NCBI GenBank assembly: GCA_045586685.1
Contig: JAZNAU010000018.1
Span: 1-36,981, forward strand
DNA length: 36,981 nt
Direction: 5' to 3'
DNA from: Clostridia bacterium
GTDB taxonomy: Bacteria; Bacillota; Clostridia; HGM11514
Shown here: positions 16,364 through 27,221 of the stretch, piece after piece
Layout: every line of letters starts with the position of its first letter
How positions within the stretch are numbered: position 1 is the first letter of the stretch
Translations under genes and position numbers: made by a program
Notes under the pieces: model-generated
Database searches by the model: none
Told to the model about the DNA's origin: nothing
Seen by the model: only the letters and a program-made list of their open reading frames with translations

Positions 16364-17313
16364 TCCTGTTCCTTCCGTTCATAATCCATTTTGCGCACAC
16401 GATACTGCACATCCTCAATCAATTTCCGATTGGCAGAAATCACGTCCGCAAGCAGTCCGAGAGTAATGGTCTGAAATCCGATCATCAACAGGACAGCCGT
16501 TAAAATTAAAGATTGGATATGTCCGTCACCCGTTCCTGTAAAATAAAAATACAGAAATCGGCATCCCAAAATCCCACCCAGTGCAAAAATAATACTTCCT
16601 ATAGTTGCAAACAACTTAAAGGGGCGATACATGAGAAAAATCCGAAACATAGTAGAAACCGACCGCTTGATATAAGCACGCATACTCTTAAACAAACGGG
16701 ATGTTCTCAGTTGGGGATTGGTACGAACAGGCACCGATTCCAATGCCACATTTTTATTTCCTGCCTGAATGATGGTTTCCAAGGTATAGGTGTATCTGGA
16801 CACCACGTTCAGTTTCATTGCCGTTTCTCTGCTATACGCACGAAATCCGCTGGGCGCATCAGGTACATCCGTTCCTGATACCATACGCACCACCGAGCTT
16901 CCCACCCGCTGTAATTTTTTCTTCAAAGGAGAAAAGTCATCAATCGTATCAATCGGACGTTCTCCGATTACCATTTCCGCTTTCCCCTCCAAAATCGGAC
17001 GAATCAGCTTTTCAATATCCTCACCGCAATACTGGTTGTCCGCATCGGTGTTTACAATAATATCCGCACCCAATCTTAAACATGCATCAATCCCTGTCAT
17101 AAAAGCGGTAGCAAGTCCCTTATTTTTACTGTACCCCACAATGTGATGCACCCCGCAGTTTCTTGCCGCCTCTACCGTATTATCCTGACTTCCGTCATTG
17201 ATAATCAGATATTCAATTTCATCTACTCCGTCTATTTGTTTAGGAAGATCTCCCACCGCAATATGCAGGGTTTCTTCCTCGTTATAACAGGGAATTTGTA
17301 TGATTAGTTTCAC
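16360..17313 (-). CDS. family 2 glycosyltransferase (DPM-synthase/GtrB-like, two C-terminal TM helices)
   Basis: IQIPCYNEE, INDGSQD, NTDADNQY, SGFRAY. Confidence 0.9.
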   Translation of the reverse strand: MKLIIQIPCYNEEETLHIAVGDLPKQIDGVDEIEYLIINDGSQDNTVEAARNCGVHHIVGYSKNKGLATAFMTGIDACLRLGADIIVNTDADNQYCGEDIEKLIRPILEGKAEMVIGERPIDTIDDFSPLKKKLQRVGSSVVRMVSGTDVPDAPSGFRAYSRETAMKLNVVSRYTYTLETIIQAGNKNVALESVPVRTNPQLRTSRLFKSMRAYIKRSVSTMFRIFLMYRPFKLFATIGSIIFALGGILGCRFLYFYFTGTGDGHIQSLILTAVLLMIGFQTITLGLLADVISANRKLIEDVQYRVRKMDYERKEQE

Positions 17314-17345
17314 GATTTCACATCCTAAAAAATACTTATATACCT

Positions 17346-17374
17346 ATTTTACAACAAAACCAATTAAATTGCAA
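17346..17374 (-). promoter_or_regulatory. promoter of glycosyltransferase operon
   Basis: TTGCAA (17374-17369), 17-bp spacer, TAAAAT (17351-17346). Confidence 0.65.
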
Positions 17375-17424
17375 CACCTTTTTACTTTGATTCACAGTCC
17401 ATTCTCCAAACAGGTGCAATTTTA

Positions 17425-17453
17425 TTGACAAAAACGGGTTTTTCATGTATAAT
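17425..17453 (+). promoter_or_regulatory. consensus sigma-A promoter of ygiQ-folD
   Basis: TTGACA-17bp-TATAAT. Confidence 0.85.
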
Positions 17454-17490
17454 GTAGAAAGAATGAAGTTATGTAAAAAAAGGATTGAGT

Positions 17491-19365
17491 ATGAGTTTTT
17501 TACCCGTAAACCGACAGGAAATGCAAGTTCTTGGCTGGGATCGGCCTGATTTTTTATATGTGACAGGGGATGCCTATGTGGATCATCCTTCTTTTGGTAC
17601 TGCCATTATTTCCAGAGTACTGGAGCAAGAAGGCTATCGAGTGGCAATTCTTTCTCAACCTGACTGGAGAAGTAAAGAGCCCTTTTTGGAATTTGGCAGA
17701 CCAAGGCTCGGGGTTCTGGTTTCCTCCGGAAATATTGATTCCATGGTCAACCATTATACCGCCGCAAAAAAGAGAAGAAGCTCCGATTCTTACACCCCCG
17801 GCGGAAGTGCGGGAAAACGGCCCGATCGCGCGGTGATTGTATATTGCAACAGAATTCGGGAGGCGTTCGGAGACATTCCCCTGATTATCGGCGGTGTAGA
17901 AGCAAGTCTTCGTCGGTTTGCCCATTATGATTACTGGGATGACCGCGTCCGTCGTTCTGTTTTAGTTGATGCCAGAGCGGATTTGTTAAGCTACGGCATG
18001 GGCGAACGGTCCATTCCCGCCATCGCTAATCAGTTGAACATAGGAAAACGAGTGAAGGAAATCAGAAATGTTGACGGAACGGCGTACTGTTGCTCCTGCG
18101 AAGAAGAGTTACCCAAGGATACAGTTTTGCTCCCCTCCTTTGAAGAGGTGAGGGATAACAAACGGGCCTATGCCGACTCGGTACGGATTCAATATGAACA
18201 ACAGGATGCCATTCGGGGCAAACGAATGGCACAAGCACATCAGGATCGGTACGTCATACAAAACAAGCCCTCTCTTCCTCTTACCACCGAGGAAATGGAC
18301 AAGGTTTATGCCTTGCCCTATGAGAGAACCTACCATCCCTCTTATACCGATGGGGTTCCTGCCATTACCGAAATACAGTTTTCCTTGACCTCCTGTCGGG
18401 GATGCTTTGGCTCGTGTAATTTCTGTGCTCTTGCCTTTCATCAGGGAAGGGTCATCAGCTCTCGTTCTCACGAATCGTTGCTTGCAGAAGCAAAAAAACT
18501 GATTGCACATCCCGATTTTAAAGGATATATTCACGACGTGGGTGGTCCTACCGCCAACTTCCGAAAACCTGCTTGTCAAAAACAGCTTACTTCAGGAGCC
18601 TGTAAACATAAGCGGTGCTTATATCCTAAAGTGTGCAGTAATATTAAAGCAGACCACAAGGACTATCTGTCCTTGTTAAGAAAATTAAGAAAACTGCCCG
18701 GTGTAAAGAAGGTGTTTGTCCGTTCGGGAATCCGGTTTGACTATCTGCTTGCGGATCCTGACCCTACCTTTTTCCGTGAACTAAGTAACTATCACGTGAG
18801 CGGTCAATTAAAGGTTGCCCCAGAGCACGTGTCAAACAACGTCCTTTCCTATATGGGCAAGCCTCCCATGGAGGTTTATCAAAAATTTTATCAAAAATTT
18901 TATCAGCTAAATAAGGACACCAAGCAATATTTGGTCCCCTACTTTATGTCCTCCCATCCCGGGAGCACATTGCATGATGCCATTTTATTGGCACAGTATT
19001 TTAAAAAAATGCATTATATGCCGGAACAGGTACAGGATTTTTATCCCACACCGGGAACCATTTCCACCTGTATGTATCATACCGGACTTGATCCTATGAC
19101 CATGAAGAGCGTGTATGTGGCAAAAACCTATGAAGAAAAGCAAATGCAAAGAGCCTTATTACAATTTTCCAGACGGGAAAATTATTCTCTTGTAAAAAAA
19201 GCATTACTGCAAGCAGGTCGTGAGGATTTAATCGGGTTTGGAAAGGAATGTCTGATTCCACCACCCCGTGAACCAAAAAGAAATTTAAAGAATAAAACCA
19301 ACCAACGAAACGGAGGAAAACAACATGGCAGCAAAATTACTGGACGGAAAAAGCCTCGCCGCTGA
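17491..19365 (+). CDS. ygiQ: YgiQ-family radical SAM protein (UPF0313)
   Basis: [32 protein letters not shown] (CxxxCxxC), [17 protein letters not shown]. Confidence 0.92.
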   Translation: MSFLPVNRQEMQVLGWDRPDFLYVTGDAYVDHPSFGTAIISRVLEQEGYRVAILSQPDWRSKEPFLEFGRPRLGVLVSSGNIDSMVNHYTAAKKRRSSDSYTPGGSAGKRPDRAVIVYCNRIREAFGDIPLIIGGVEASLRRFAHYDYWDDRVRRSVLVDARADLLSYGMGERSIPAIANQLNIGKRVKEIRNVDGTAYCCSCEEELPKDTVLLPSFEEVRDNKRAYADSVRIQYEQQDAIRGKRMAQAHQDRYVIQNKPSLPLTTEEMDKVYALPYERTYHPSYTDGVPAITEIQFSLTSCRGCFGSCNFCALAFHQGRVISSRSHESLLAEAKKLIAHPDFKGYIHDVGGPTANFRKPACQKQLTSGACKHKRCLYPKVCSNIKADHKDYLSLLRKLRKLPGVKKVFVRSGIRFDYLLADPDPTFFRELSNYHVSGQLKVAPEHVSNNVLSYMGKPPMEVYQKFYQKFYQLNKDTKQYLVPYFMSSHPGSTLHDAILLAQYFKKMHYMPEQVQDFYPTPGTISTCMYHTGLDPMTMKSVYVAKTYEEKQMQRALLQFSRRENYSLVKKALLQAGREDLIGFGKECLIPPPREPKRNLKNKTNQRNGGKQHGSKITGRKKPRR

Positions 19366-20173
19366 AATTCGGGAAGGCTTAAGACTGGAAGTAGAGGAAT
19401 TGAAAAAAAAGGGACGTGCACCTGGTCTGGCGGTGGTTATTGTAGGGGACGACCCTGCCTCCCGCCGCTACGTAAATAACAAGAAAAATGCTTGCGAGCA
19501 TGTAGGAATCACTTCCTACGAATATGCCCTTTCCGCCGAAACCACTCAAGAAGAGCTTCTTGCACTGGTGGACAAGTTAAACAAAGATGATACCATTGAC
19601 GGTATTTTGGTTCAGCTTCCTCTCCCCTCTCATCTGGATGAAAAAACTGTTATTTACAACATTGACCCCAAAAAGGATGTGGATGCATTCCACCCCTTCA
19701 ATGTGGGGAAAATTATGATTGGAGAACCCATCTTTGCTCCCTGTACTCCTGCAGGAGTAATGGAGCTGATTAAACTCACGGGCATCGAAGTCAGCGGAAA
19801 AGAATGTGTTGTCGTGGGCAGAAGCAACATCGTAGGAAAACCACAGTCCATGCTATTGCTTGCTGAGAACGGCACTGTTACCGTCTGCCACTCAAAAACC
19901 AAGGATTTAGCAGAGGTAACAAAACGAGCTGATATTTTGGTAGCCGCAGTGGGAAAAGCAAAGTTGATTAAGGGTGACATGGTAAAGAAGGGGGCGGTGG
20001 TGATTGACGTGGGCATGAACCGCTTAGAAGACGGCACCTGGTCAGGTGATGTAGATTTTGAGGAAGTAAAAGAAGTTGCCTCTGCTATCACTCCCGTTCC
20101 GGGCGGTGTTGGCCCTATGACCATTGCAATGTTGATGAAGAACACAGTAACAGCTTATAAAATAAAAAACTGA
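19325..20173 (+). CDS. folD: methylenetetrahydrofolate dehydrogenase/cyclohydrolase
   Basis: [38 protein letters not shown]. Confidence 0.97.
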   Translation: MAAKLLDGKSLAAEIREGLRLEVEELKKKGRAPGLAVVIVGDDPASRRYVNNKKNACEHVGITSYEYALSAETTQEELLALVDKLNKDDTIDGILVQLPLPSHLDEKTVIYNIDPKKDVDAFHPFNVGKIMIGEPIFAPCTPAGVMELIKLTGIEVSGKECVVVGRSNIVGKPQSMLLLAENGTVTVCHSKTKDLAEVTKRADILVAAVGKAKLIKGDMVKKGAVVIDVGMNRLEDGTWSGDVDFEEVKEVASAITPVPGGVGPMTIAMLMKNTVTAYKIKN

Positions 20174-20178
20174 AGATA

Positions 20179-20216
20179 AAGGGGCAGTGGCAAAAATCAT
20201 TTTGTCACTGCCCCTT
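20179..20216. terminator. bidirectional terminator between folD and GH13
   Basis: aaggggcagtggcaaaa-atca-ttttgtcactgcccctt between convergent genes. Confidence 0.8.
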
Positions 20217-20220
20217 ACCT

Positions 20221-22041
20221 TTATTTCTCTACCAAAGCAAACCCGCCTGAAAAAACAGTAACGGCATCTGATTGCTCCGCATTTTGTCCAATCATCAACG
20301 TTCCTTTCACCGAATAGGGTTCCCCGTTACGGTTGACAATCAGATGAAACCGATTGCCTCGGCTGATATGAAACACCTCCTCGTTTCCAAACTCCAGGGC
20401 AGTGTCCCCTGATTGCAATTCAGCATAGGTTTTCTTTAACACTGACAACTGACGGTAAAATTCAATCAATTCCTTGTCTTCCTTTCCCCAAGGGAAACAC
20501 CTGCGGTTTAAAGGGTCCTCAAAGCCTTCCATCCCTGCCTCGTCGCCGTAATAAATACAGGGCATACCAGGGAGAAAAAACTGCATTGCCGCTGCCTGAC
20601 GTTCTTTCTTCAAAGCAATTTCCTTTTGTTTGGAGGATAAAAACCGTTCCGCTTTTTCCTCCTTGCTTCCTTCAAAAGAATCCCCCAAAAGGGTTAATAT
20701 TCTGGGAGTATCGTGAGTAGATAAGCTGTTCATCAGACAATCCACCACAGGACGGGGATAGTTTTCACAAATGGTCATTACGGTTTGTGCAAAGGAAAGT
20801 CCGTCCAGCTTTCCTGTCAAATACTTTAACATTTCATCCCGAAACGGATAGTTCATGACCGAATCCAGCTCCGCTTCTGTAAAATAAGTTCTCCGCACAC
20901 CATAACTGCACTTGTTAGAGGCATCCTCCCACACTTCTCCGATAACCAGTCCGTCAGGATTTAATTCCTTTACTCTTGCATGAAGCAAACGAATAAATTC
21001 ATCCGGCAATTCATCTGCCACATCAAGACGAAAACCGTCTGCCCCTCGCTTCATCCAATAAGAAATTACACTGTCCTCATCACGGATGATAAAATCCAAA
21101 TAAGAGTCGTTTAACTCATTAACGCAGGGCAACGTCTTTATCCCCCACCAGCTTTCATAACTGTGAGGATATTCCTTAAATTGAAACCAATCTTTATAAG
21201 GAGAATCAGCATGATGAAAGGCACCCTTTCCAAAGCGGTTATGCACATCAAAATACACACTGTCCGACCCTGTATGAGAAAACACGCCGTCTAAAATTAC
21301 CTTTATTTTTCGCTTATGTGCCTCGTTGCAAAGGGAGATAAACTGCTCTTCCGTTCCCAACATAGGGTCCACGCACTTATAATCTGCCGTATCATAACGA
21401 TGATTGGAATAGGCTTTAAAAACAGGATTTAAGTACAGCACCGAAACACCAAGCTCCGCCAGATAATTCAATTTTTCTATAATTCCGCAAAAGTTTCCTC
21501 CGTAAAAATCATTATTCTGTACAATTCCCTGTTCATCAGGATTGAAAATGGGTGATTCCTCTGTAGATTGATGAAGGATAAAGGGAGTTAGTTTATGAGT
21601 CAGGTCACAGTCCCCCGATTTTGCGAATCTGTCCGGAAAAATCTGATACATGACCCCTCCCTGATAATCACGGGGAGTTGTAAAATCCTTATCAAAGCAG
21701 GTCAACTGCCACTTCTCCCCTTCTTCCATATTGGTTTGATCATATCCTTCACGGAACAAACGGAAAGAGTTTCCCTCCTGTATTACCACAAAATAATAAA
21801 AGTACAACCCTCTCCGAAACAGAGAGAAAGTACCTCCAAATCGTTCATACTCCCCTTCATCTTCCATTTTTCCAAAGGGCACACGAAGGGAAAAGCCTTT
21901 TTCATCCTCTAAGCATAGGAGTACCTCATTGACAGCACAGTTTTTTGGAATCAGTAGACTGATGCTACACTTTTCATCCTGTCTCAGGCAACCGAAAGGA
22001 GTTTTAAATTGGGCTTGCTTGCTATCATATAAAATTCTCAT
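20221..22041 (-). CDS. GH13 alpha-amylase family (neopullulanase/amylopullulanase-like, probable glycogen debranching)
   Basis: YQIFPDRF, SNHRYDT, LDGVFSH, GFRLDVADE, GEVW, STHD, YYGDEAG. Confidence 0.9.
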   Translation of the reverse strand: MRILYDSKQAQFKTPFGCLRQDEKCSISLLIPKNCAVNEVLLCLEDEKGFSLRVPFGKMEDEGEYERFGGTFSLFRRGLYFYYFVVIQEGNSFRLFREGYDQTNMEEGEKWQLTCFDKDFTTPRDYQGGVMYQIFPDRFAKSGDCDLTHKLTPFILHQSTEESPIFNPDEQGIVQNNDFYGGNFCGIIEKLNYLAELGVSVLYLNPVFKAYSNHRYDTADYKCVDPMLGTEEQFISLCNEAHKRKIKVILDGVFSHTGSDSVYFDVHNRFGKGAFHHADSPYKDWFQFKEYPHSYESWWGIKTLPCVNELNDSYLDFIIRDEDSVISYWMKRGADGFRLDVADELPDEFIRLLHARVKELNPDGLVIGEVWEDASNKCSYGVRRTYFTEAELDSVMNYPFRDEMLKYLTGKLDGLSFAQTVMTICENYPRPVVDCLMNSLSTHDTPRILTLLGDSFEGSKEEKAERFLSSKQKEIALKKERQAAAMQFFLPGMPCIYYGDEAGMEGFEDPLNRRCFPWGKEDKELIEFYRQLSVLKKTYAELQSGDTALEFGNEEVFHISRGNRFHLIVNRNGEPYSVKGTLMIGQNAEQSDAVTVFSGGFALVEK

Positions 22042-22059
22042 CCTTTATCCTCACCATAC

Positions 22060-22087
22060 AAAAGGGCGGACAGAATTGCCCGCCCTT
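22060..22087 (-). terminator. hairpin / partial terminator between glgP and GH13
   Basis: Minus strand aagggcgggc-aattct-gtccgccctt followed by a short U run. Confidence 0.55.
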
Positions 22088-22094
22088 ATCAAAA

Positions 22095-24509
22095 TTATTT
22101 TATATTCCAGATATTGTCTGCGTATTCCTTTACCGCACGGTCTGCAGAGAAAATACCCGCCTTGGCAATATTAACCAAAGACATTTTTGTAAATCTGTCC
22201 TGATCCTGATATACTTTGGATACATCATTCTGAGCACGGACATAATCATCAAAATCTGCTAAGGTCATATAACCATCTGCCACACCGTAAGAATTGGTCA
22301 ACAGTGATTTTACAATATCGTCAAATCGTGCCCCTAATGCATCAGAAGAAAGAAGCTTCATAATATCGTTCAGCTCCGGATTTTTTCTGCAGTAATATAA
22401 GGGGTCATAGCCTTTGCGCCACAATTCTTCCACCTCGTTGGCACGCAGACCAAACAGGAACATATTTTCATCGCCCACCTGTTCGTGGATTTCCACATTG
22501 GCACCATCCAACGTTCCAATGGTGACCGCCCCGTTAATCATCAGTTTCATATTTCCGGTACCGGAAGCCTCTTTCCCCGCAATAGAAATCTGCTCGGAAA
22601 TTTCAGCCGCAGGAATAATCATTTCAGCTAACGACACCTTGTAATCTTCAATAAAGATTACTTTGATTTTGTCACGAACTGCCGGATCGGAGTTAATCAC
22701 ATTGGACAACGCCACAATCAGACGGATAATCTGCTTTGCCATAAAATAACCGGCAGATGCCTTTGCTGCAAAAATAAAGGTTCTGGGCGGAATATTTAAG
22801 TTTGGATTTTCCTTGATTCTTCGATACATATGAATAATTTGCAGAACATTCAACAGCTGGCGTTTGTATTCATGCAAACGTTTAATTTGCACATCAAATA
22901 AGGAATCGGGGTCAACCATAATTCCATTTGCCCGGGCAATATAATTGCTCAGTGCCACCTTTTTCTGATGCTTGATTTCTCTTAACTGCTGTGCTACCGT
23001 CTTATCCTCTTTAAATTCCAATAATTTTTCCAGTTGAGTAGCATTTTTTATAAATCCATCGCCAATTAAATCCTTAAGCATGGCGGTCAATTCAGGATTT
23101 GCCTGACACAGCCACCGTCGGTAAGCGATTCCGTTGGTCACATTGGTAAAACGGTCATTGTCCAAATGATAATAATCACGAAAAATACTTTCCTTCAGAA
23201 TGTTACTGTGAAGCTTTGATACACCGTTTATTTTATGGCAAGCCGCAAGACAAAGATTTGCCATTCGCACTTCTCCATTTGCAATCGCCGCCATATAATT
23301 GACTTTACCATAATCTCCCGGGTACTGTTGGAACAATTTGTTTACCAAACGGCGGTTAATTTCACAAACAATAGAATAAATACGGGGCAACTGTTCAGAA
23401 AACAGACTTTCGCTCCATCGCTCCAAGGCTTCGCTCATAACGGTATGATTGGTATAGGATAAGGTTTTTTGGGTAATTTCCCAGGCCTCATCCCAACTGT
23501 AATCATGCTCATCAATTAAAATTCTCATCAATTCAGGCACACAAAGGGCAGGGTGAGTATCATTGATATGAATTGCCACCTTATCTGCAAGTGTATCCAA
23601 AGTACCGTACTTATTCAAATGCTGGTCAATAATGCTCTGCAACGAGGCGGAAACCAGCAAATACTGCTGTTTTAATCGCAACCGTTTTCCGTCAATATGG
23701 TCATCCGCAGGATATAACGCCTTTGAAATCACTTCCGCCATAGTGTCCTGCTCCAGTGCCTTTGCGTAATCCCCACGGGAAAATGCATTCATATCCAAAC
23801 GATTAGGAGATTGAGCACTCCACAGCACCAGCTTATTCACAGCGTTAGAATTGTATCCGGAAATAAACATATCGTAAGGAACCGCAATTACAGACTGATA
23901 ATCATGATGGTTCACACGAAGTTTTCCGTCATCAAACCATTCCGATACCTGACCGCCAAATTTTACTTCATAGGATTTGTCTGTTCTGGGAACCAGCCAT
24001 ACCCCTCCTAAATTAAGCCAGTCATCCGGAAATTCCATTTGCCAACCGTCTACAATACTTTGCTTGAAAATACCAAATTCATACCGAATAGAAAAGCCGG
24101 TTGCGGGCATACCCAGAGTTGTCATAGAATCCATATAGCAAGATGCCAGACGACCCAACCCCCCATTTCCCAAACCTGCATCGGGTTCCATTTCGTATAA
24201 ATGATGAATATCGATTCCATAGCCTTTGAGAACATCTGAAAAACCCTTTTCCAAACCTAAATGAAACAGGTTATTTTTCAACGAAGTTCCCACTAAAAAT
24301 TCCATAGACATATAATAAACTTGCTTTTTCTCTTTCGCAGTTACCTCATCCGTAAATTTTTTTCTTTGTGCTGACAGCATATCTCTTACGGTAATACAAA
24401 GGGTTTTGTACACCTGCTGTTCTGTTGCATCACCCACACCACAGCCAAAGGTTCTCAGACACGTTTCCTCTAATAACTGTGTCATCTCCTGTTTGTTTAA
24501 TTTCATCAT
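22095..24509 (-). CDS. glgP: glycogen phosphorylase
   Basis: GLGNGGLGRLASC, NDTHP, KRLHEYKRQ, EASGTGNMK (PLP lysine). Confidence 0.97.
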   Translation of the reverse strand: MMKLNKQEMTQLLEETCLRTFGCGVGDATEQQVYKTLCITVRDMLSAQRKKFTDEVTAKEKKQVYYMSMEFLVGTSLKNNLFHLGLEKGFSDVLKGYGIDIHHLYEMEPDAGLGNGGLGRLASCYMDSMTTLGMPATGFSIRYEFGIFKQSIVDGWQMEFPDDWLNLGGVWLVPRTDKSYEVKFGGQVSEWFDDGKLRVNHHDYQSVIAVPYDMFISGYNSNAVNKLVLWSAQSPNRLDMNAFSRGDYAKALEQDTMAEVISKALYPADDHIDGKRLRLKQQYLLVSASLQSIIDQHLNKYGTLDTLADKVAIHINDTHPALCVPELMRILIDEHDYSWDEAWEITQKTLSYTNHTVMSEALERWSESLFSEQLPRIYSIVCEINRRLVNKLFQQYPGDYGKVNYMAAIANGEVRMANLCLAACHKINGVSKLHSNILKESIFRDYYHLDNDRFTNVTNGIAYRRWLCQANPELTAMLKDLIGDGFIKNATQLEKLLEFKEDKTVAQQLREIKHQKKVALSNYIARANGIMVDPDSLFDVQIKRLHEYKRQLLNVLQIIHMYRRIKENPNLNIPPRTFIFAAKASAGYFMAKQIIRLIVALSNVINSDPAVRDKIKVIFIEDYKVSLAEMIIPAAEISEQISIAGKEASGTGNMKLMINGAVTIGTLDGANVEIHEQVGDENMFLFGLRANEVEELWRKGYDPLYYCRKNPELNDIMKLLSSDALGARFDDIVKSLLTNSYGVADGYMTLADFDDYVRAQNDVSKVYQDQDRFTKMSLVNIAKAGIFSADRAVKEYADNIWNIK

Positions 24510-24564
24510 ACTTTACTCCTTCCAACACCGCAAAAAAGACGCGGCAAAATCAATAAAAATAATG

Positions 24565-25998
24565 TTAATGACCTACTAATTCTTGATACAACCCTAAGTA
24601 TTCATTCGCAGGATTTTTCCATCCACTATTATATTTCATAATATTTTTTATATGCTTATTCCATTGCTCCCGGTTGTGATAAAATCCCACAGCCCGTTCT
24701 ACTGCACCCAGCATATCATGAGCATTAAACAACTTAAAAGTAAAACCGCGCCCCTCCAGAGTTTCTGTATTAAGAGCAGGAACGGTATCAAAAAGTCCCC
24801 CTGTTTCTCTCACAATAGGAACTGCGCCATACCGCATGGCAATCAGCTGAGAGAGTCCGCAAGGCTCACTTTTTGACGGCATCAGAAACAAATCTGCTCC
24901 TGCATAAACCTGACTTGCCAAACCGGCATCAAACAGAATATTGGCAGATACTCTGCCCGGGTACTGATATTCCATAAAGCGGAAGCAATCTTCAAAACGA
25001 GATTCCCCCGTTCCAATCACCACCAACTGTAAATCCATACTCATAAGCTGATTTGCCATAAATTCCACCAGTTCCAGTCCCTTATGGGATACCAGACGGG
25101 AAATCAGTGCAACAATGGGTACATTGTCCCGCACCTCTAATCCAAGACGCTCCTGCAAATGCCGTTTGTTTGCCGCTTTCCCTTCCAAATCCGGGGGACC
25201 GTAATTGACAAATAACTTATTATCCTTCTTGGGATTATACACATCCGTATCAATTCCGTTTGTGATTCCACAGAGCTTATACTGATTTTCTCTCAATATA
25301 CCGTCCAGTCCATGACTGAAATAAGCATGTAAAATTTCATGAGAATAGGTTTTTGATACTGTCGTCAGCTTGTCTGCAGTCACAATGGCACCTTTCATCA
25401 GATTTACACAATCTCCAAAATGCAAAACACTTGGCCATTGGTCCCCCAACCCTAAAATTTCACTGCAAAAAGAATCGGGCATTTTTCCCTGATATTCAAT
25501 ATTATGAATAGTAAACACGGTTTTTATTTTTCCATAAGCACCAAACTGATAATGTGCTTTCAAAAAAATGGGAACCAAAGCCGTCTGCCAATCGTGACAG
25601 TGAATAATATCGGGGTAATAATTCAAATGTTGCAACGCTTCCAAAACCGCTTTAGAAAAGAAGGCATATCGTTCTCCATCATCATAATCGCCGTACAATC
25701 CTTTACGATTAAAGTAATATTCATTATCAATAAAATAATAGGTCAGTTTACGGCTTTTGGACACCGCTTTAAACACACCCGTATAAACCTGTCTCCAGGC
25801 AAGCATGGTGGCAAAGGAGGTCACATACTCAACCTGAAAATCCGATCCGAATTTAATGGAACGATGAAATGGGAGAAACACCGTAACCTCTATATCCTTC
25901 CGTCCGGAAAGCTCCACAGGAAGCCCCTGAATCACATCTCCTAAGCCGCCCGACTTTACATAAGGCGCACCTTCGCTTGCTACAAATAAAAGTTTCAT
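24565..25998 (-). CDS. glgA: glycogen synthase
   Basis: KSGGLGDV, HCHDWQT, TIHN..YQG, EPCGLSQ. Confidence 0.97.
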   Translation of the reverse strand: MKLLFVASEGAPYVKSGGLGDVIQGLPVELSGRKDIEVTVFLPFHRSIKFGSDFQVEYVTSFATMLAWRQVYTGVFKAVSKSRKLTYYFIDNEYYFNRKGLYGDYDDGERYAFFSKAVLEALQHLNYYPDIIHCHDWQTALVPIFLKAHYQFGAYGKIKTVFTIHNIEYQGKMPDSFCSEILGLGDQWPSVLHFGDCVNLMKGAIVTADKLTTVSKTYSHEILHAYFSHGLDGILRENQYKLCGITNGIDTDVYNPKKDNKLFVNYGPPDLEGKAANKRHLQERLGLEVRDNVPIVALISRLVSHKGLELVEFMANQLMSMDLQLVVIGTGESRFEDCFRFMEYQYPGRVSANILFDAGLASQVYAGADLFLMPSKSEPCGLSQLIAMRYGAVPIVRETGGLFDTVPALNTETLEGRGFTFKLFNAHDMLGAVERAVGFYHNREQWNKHIKNIMKYNSGWKNPANEYLGLYQELVGH

Positions 25999-26061
25999 AC
26001 TGTTTTCGCCTTTCCGACTCAAAAAATTTCAATCCCGCTGTGCCAGAGTCAAAGCACAGGG

Positions 26062-27186
26062 TTACTCTACCGTTTCACCCTTTTTGATGACAATGGGCGA
26101 AGTGATGGCACCTTTTAACTCCACCCCGTCGCATACAATAACATCTTTGTCCGTAATCACACGGTCCATGATGCAGTTTTCCCCAATTTCCGTTCCTTGC
26201 ATAATGACGCAGTTTTTTACCACAGAACCTTTTCCCACCTTAACATCACGGAACAAAACCGCATTTTCCACTTTTCCTTCAATACGGCAGCCGTCTGCAA
26301 TAATGCAGTCATTCACTTCGGAATCTTCTCCGTAAAAGCTGGGAATTTCATCTCTTACTTTGGTGTAAATGGGGCGGTCGCTACGGAAAATATCCTTTCT
26401 GACCGCTTCATCAGCCAATTTCAAATTATTTTGAAAGAAAACAGCTATGCTGTCATTTCTCAGCACAACACCGTCAAACCTTGCTGCATGAACAGATAGC
26501 TTCCCCATACGGAATTCCCGAAGCATAAATTCCCGTTCAAAATGATGCAAATCACGGGCAACCGAAGTTTTGATTACGTCAATCAGCTGTTCCCGTTTCA
26601 TTAAAAACATTCCCATTCCTACCAGAGAATTTTCTTGTTCTCCTTCCAATTCCACAGCCATATCCGTTACATTGCCTTTTTTGTCTGCCTGCACAAGAAG
26701 GTCATGCTTGACTCCCTTGTCCTGTTGACGAAAATTATGTGCAATGACAGTAATATCACAACCCGATGTAATATGTTCCTCCAAAAACGGATCATAATCA
26801 ATATTACAAATTGTAGTGGAATCGGACAGCAGTACATACTCCTCTCGTCGCTTTGACAAAAAATTTAATGCAACATGAAGAGCCTCCAGTTTTCCGCGGT
26901 AAACCCCCGCCTGCCCCGTAACAAAGGGAGGCAACAGGTAAATACCGCCGTTTTTGCTGTTTAAATCCCATTCCGAGCAAGACCCTAAATGATCCATCAA
27001 AGATTGATAATTATATTTGGTAATCACGCCAACCCGAGAAATTCCCGAATTCACCATATTTGATAATACAAAGTCAATCTGGCGGTAACGTCCTCCAAAG
27101 GGAAGAGAAGCAACCGTTCTGTTATAGGTTAAATTAGCCATTGCATTATCGTATATATTGGAAAAAATAATGCCAACCATTTTCAT
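26062..27186 (-). CDS. glgD: glucose-1-phosphate adenylyltransferase subunit GlgD
   Basis: LT..R.VASLPFGGRYR.IDF.LSNMVNSG; follows glgC. Confidence 0.95.
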   Translation of the reverse strand: MKMVGIIFSNIYDNAMANLTYNRTVASLPFGGRYRQIDFVLSNMVNSGISRVGVITKYNYQSLMDHLGSCSEWDLNSKNGGIYLLPPFVTGQAGVYRGKLEALHVALNFLSKRREEYVLLSDSTTICNIDYDPFLEEHITSGCDITVIAHNFRQQDKGVKHDLLVQADKKGNVTDMAVELEGEQENSLVGMGMFLMKREQLIDVIKTSVARDLHHFEREFMLREFRMGKLSVHAARFDGVVLRNDSIAVFFQNNLKLADEAVRKDIFRSDRPIYTKVRDEIPSFYGEDSEVNDCIIADGCRIEGKVENAVLFRDVKVGKGSVVKNCVIMQGTEIGENCIMDRVITDKDVIVCDGVELKGAITSPIVIKKGETVE

Positions 27187-27221
27187 TTCTCTAACCTGCC
27201 TTTTGCTTAATTTGTATACTC

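Noticed and set aside
18875-18905. 12-bp tandem repeat tttatcaaaaat x2.5 in ygiQ
   Set aside because: In-frame coding repeat (YQKF); no evidence of function.
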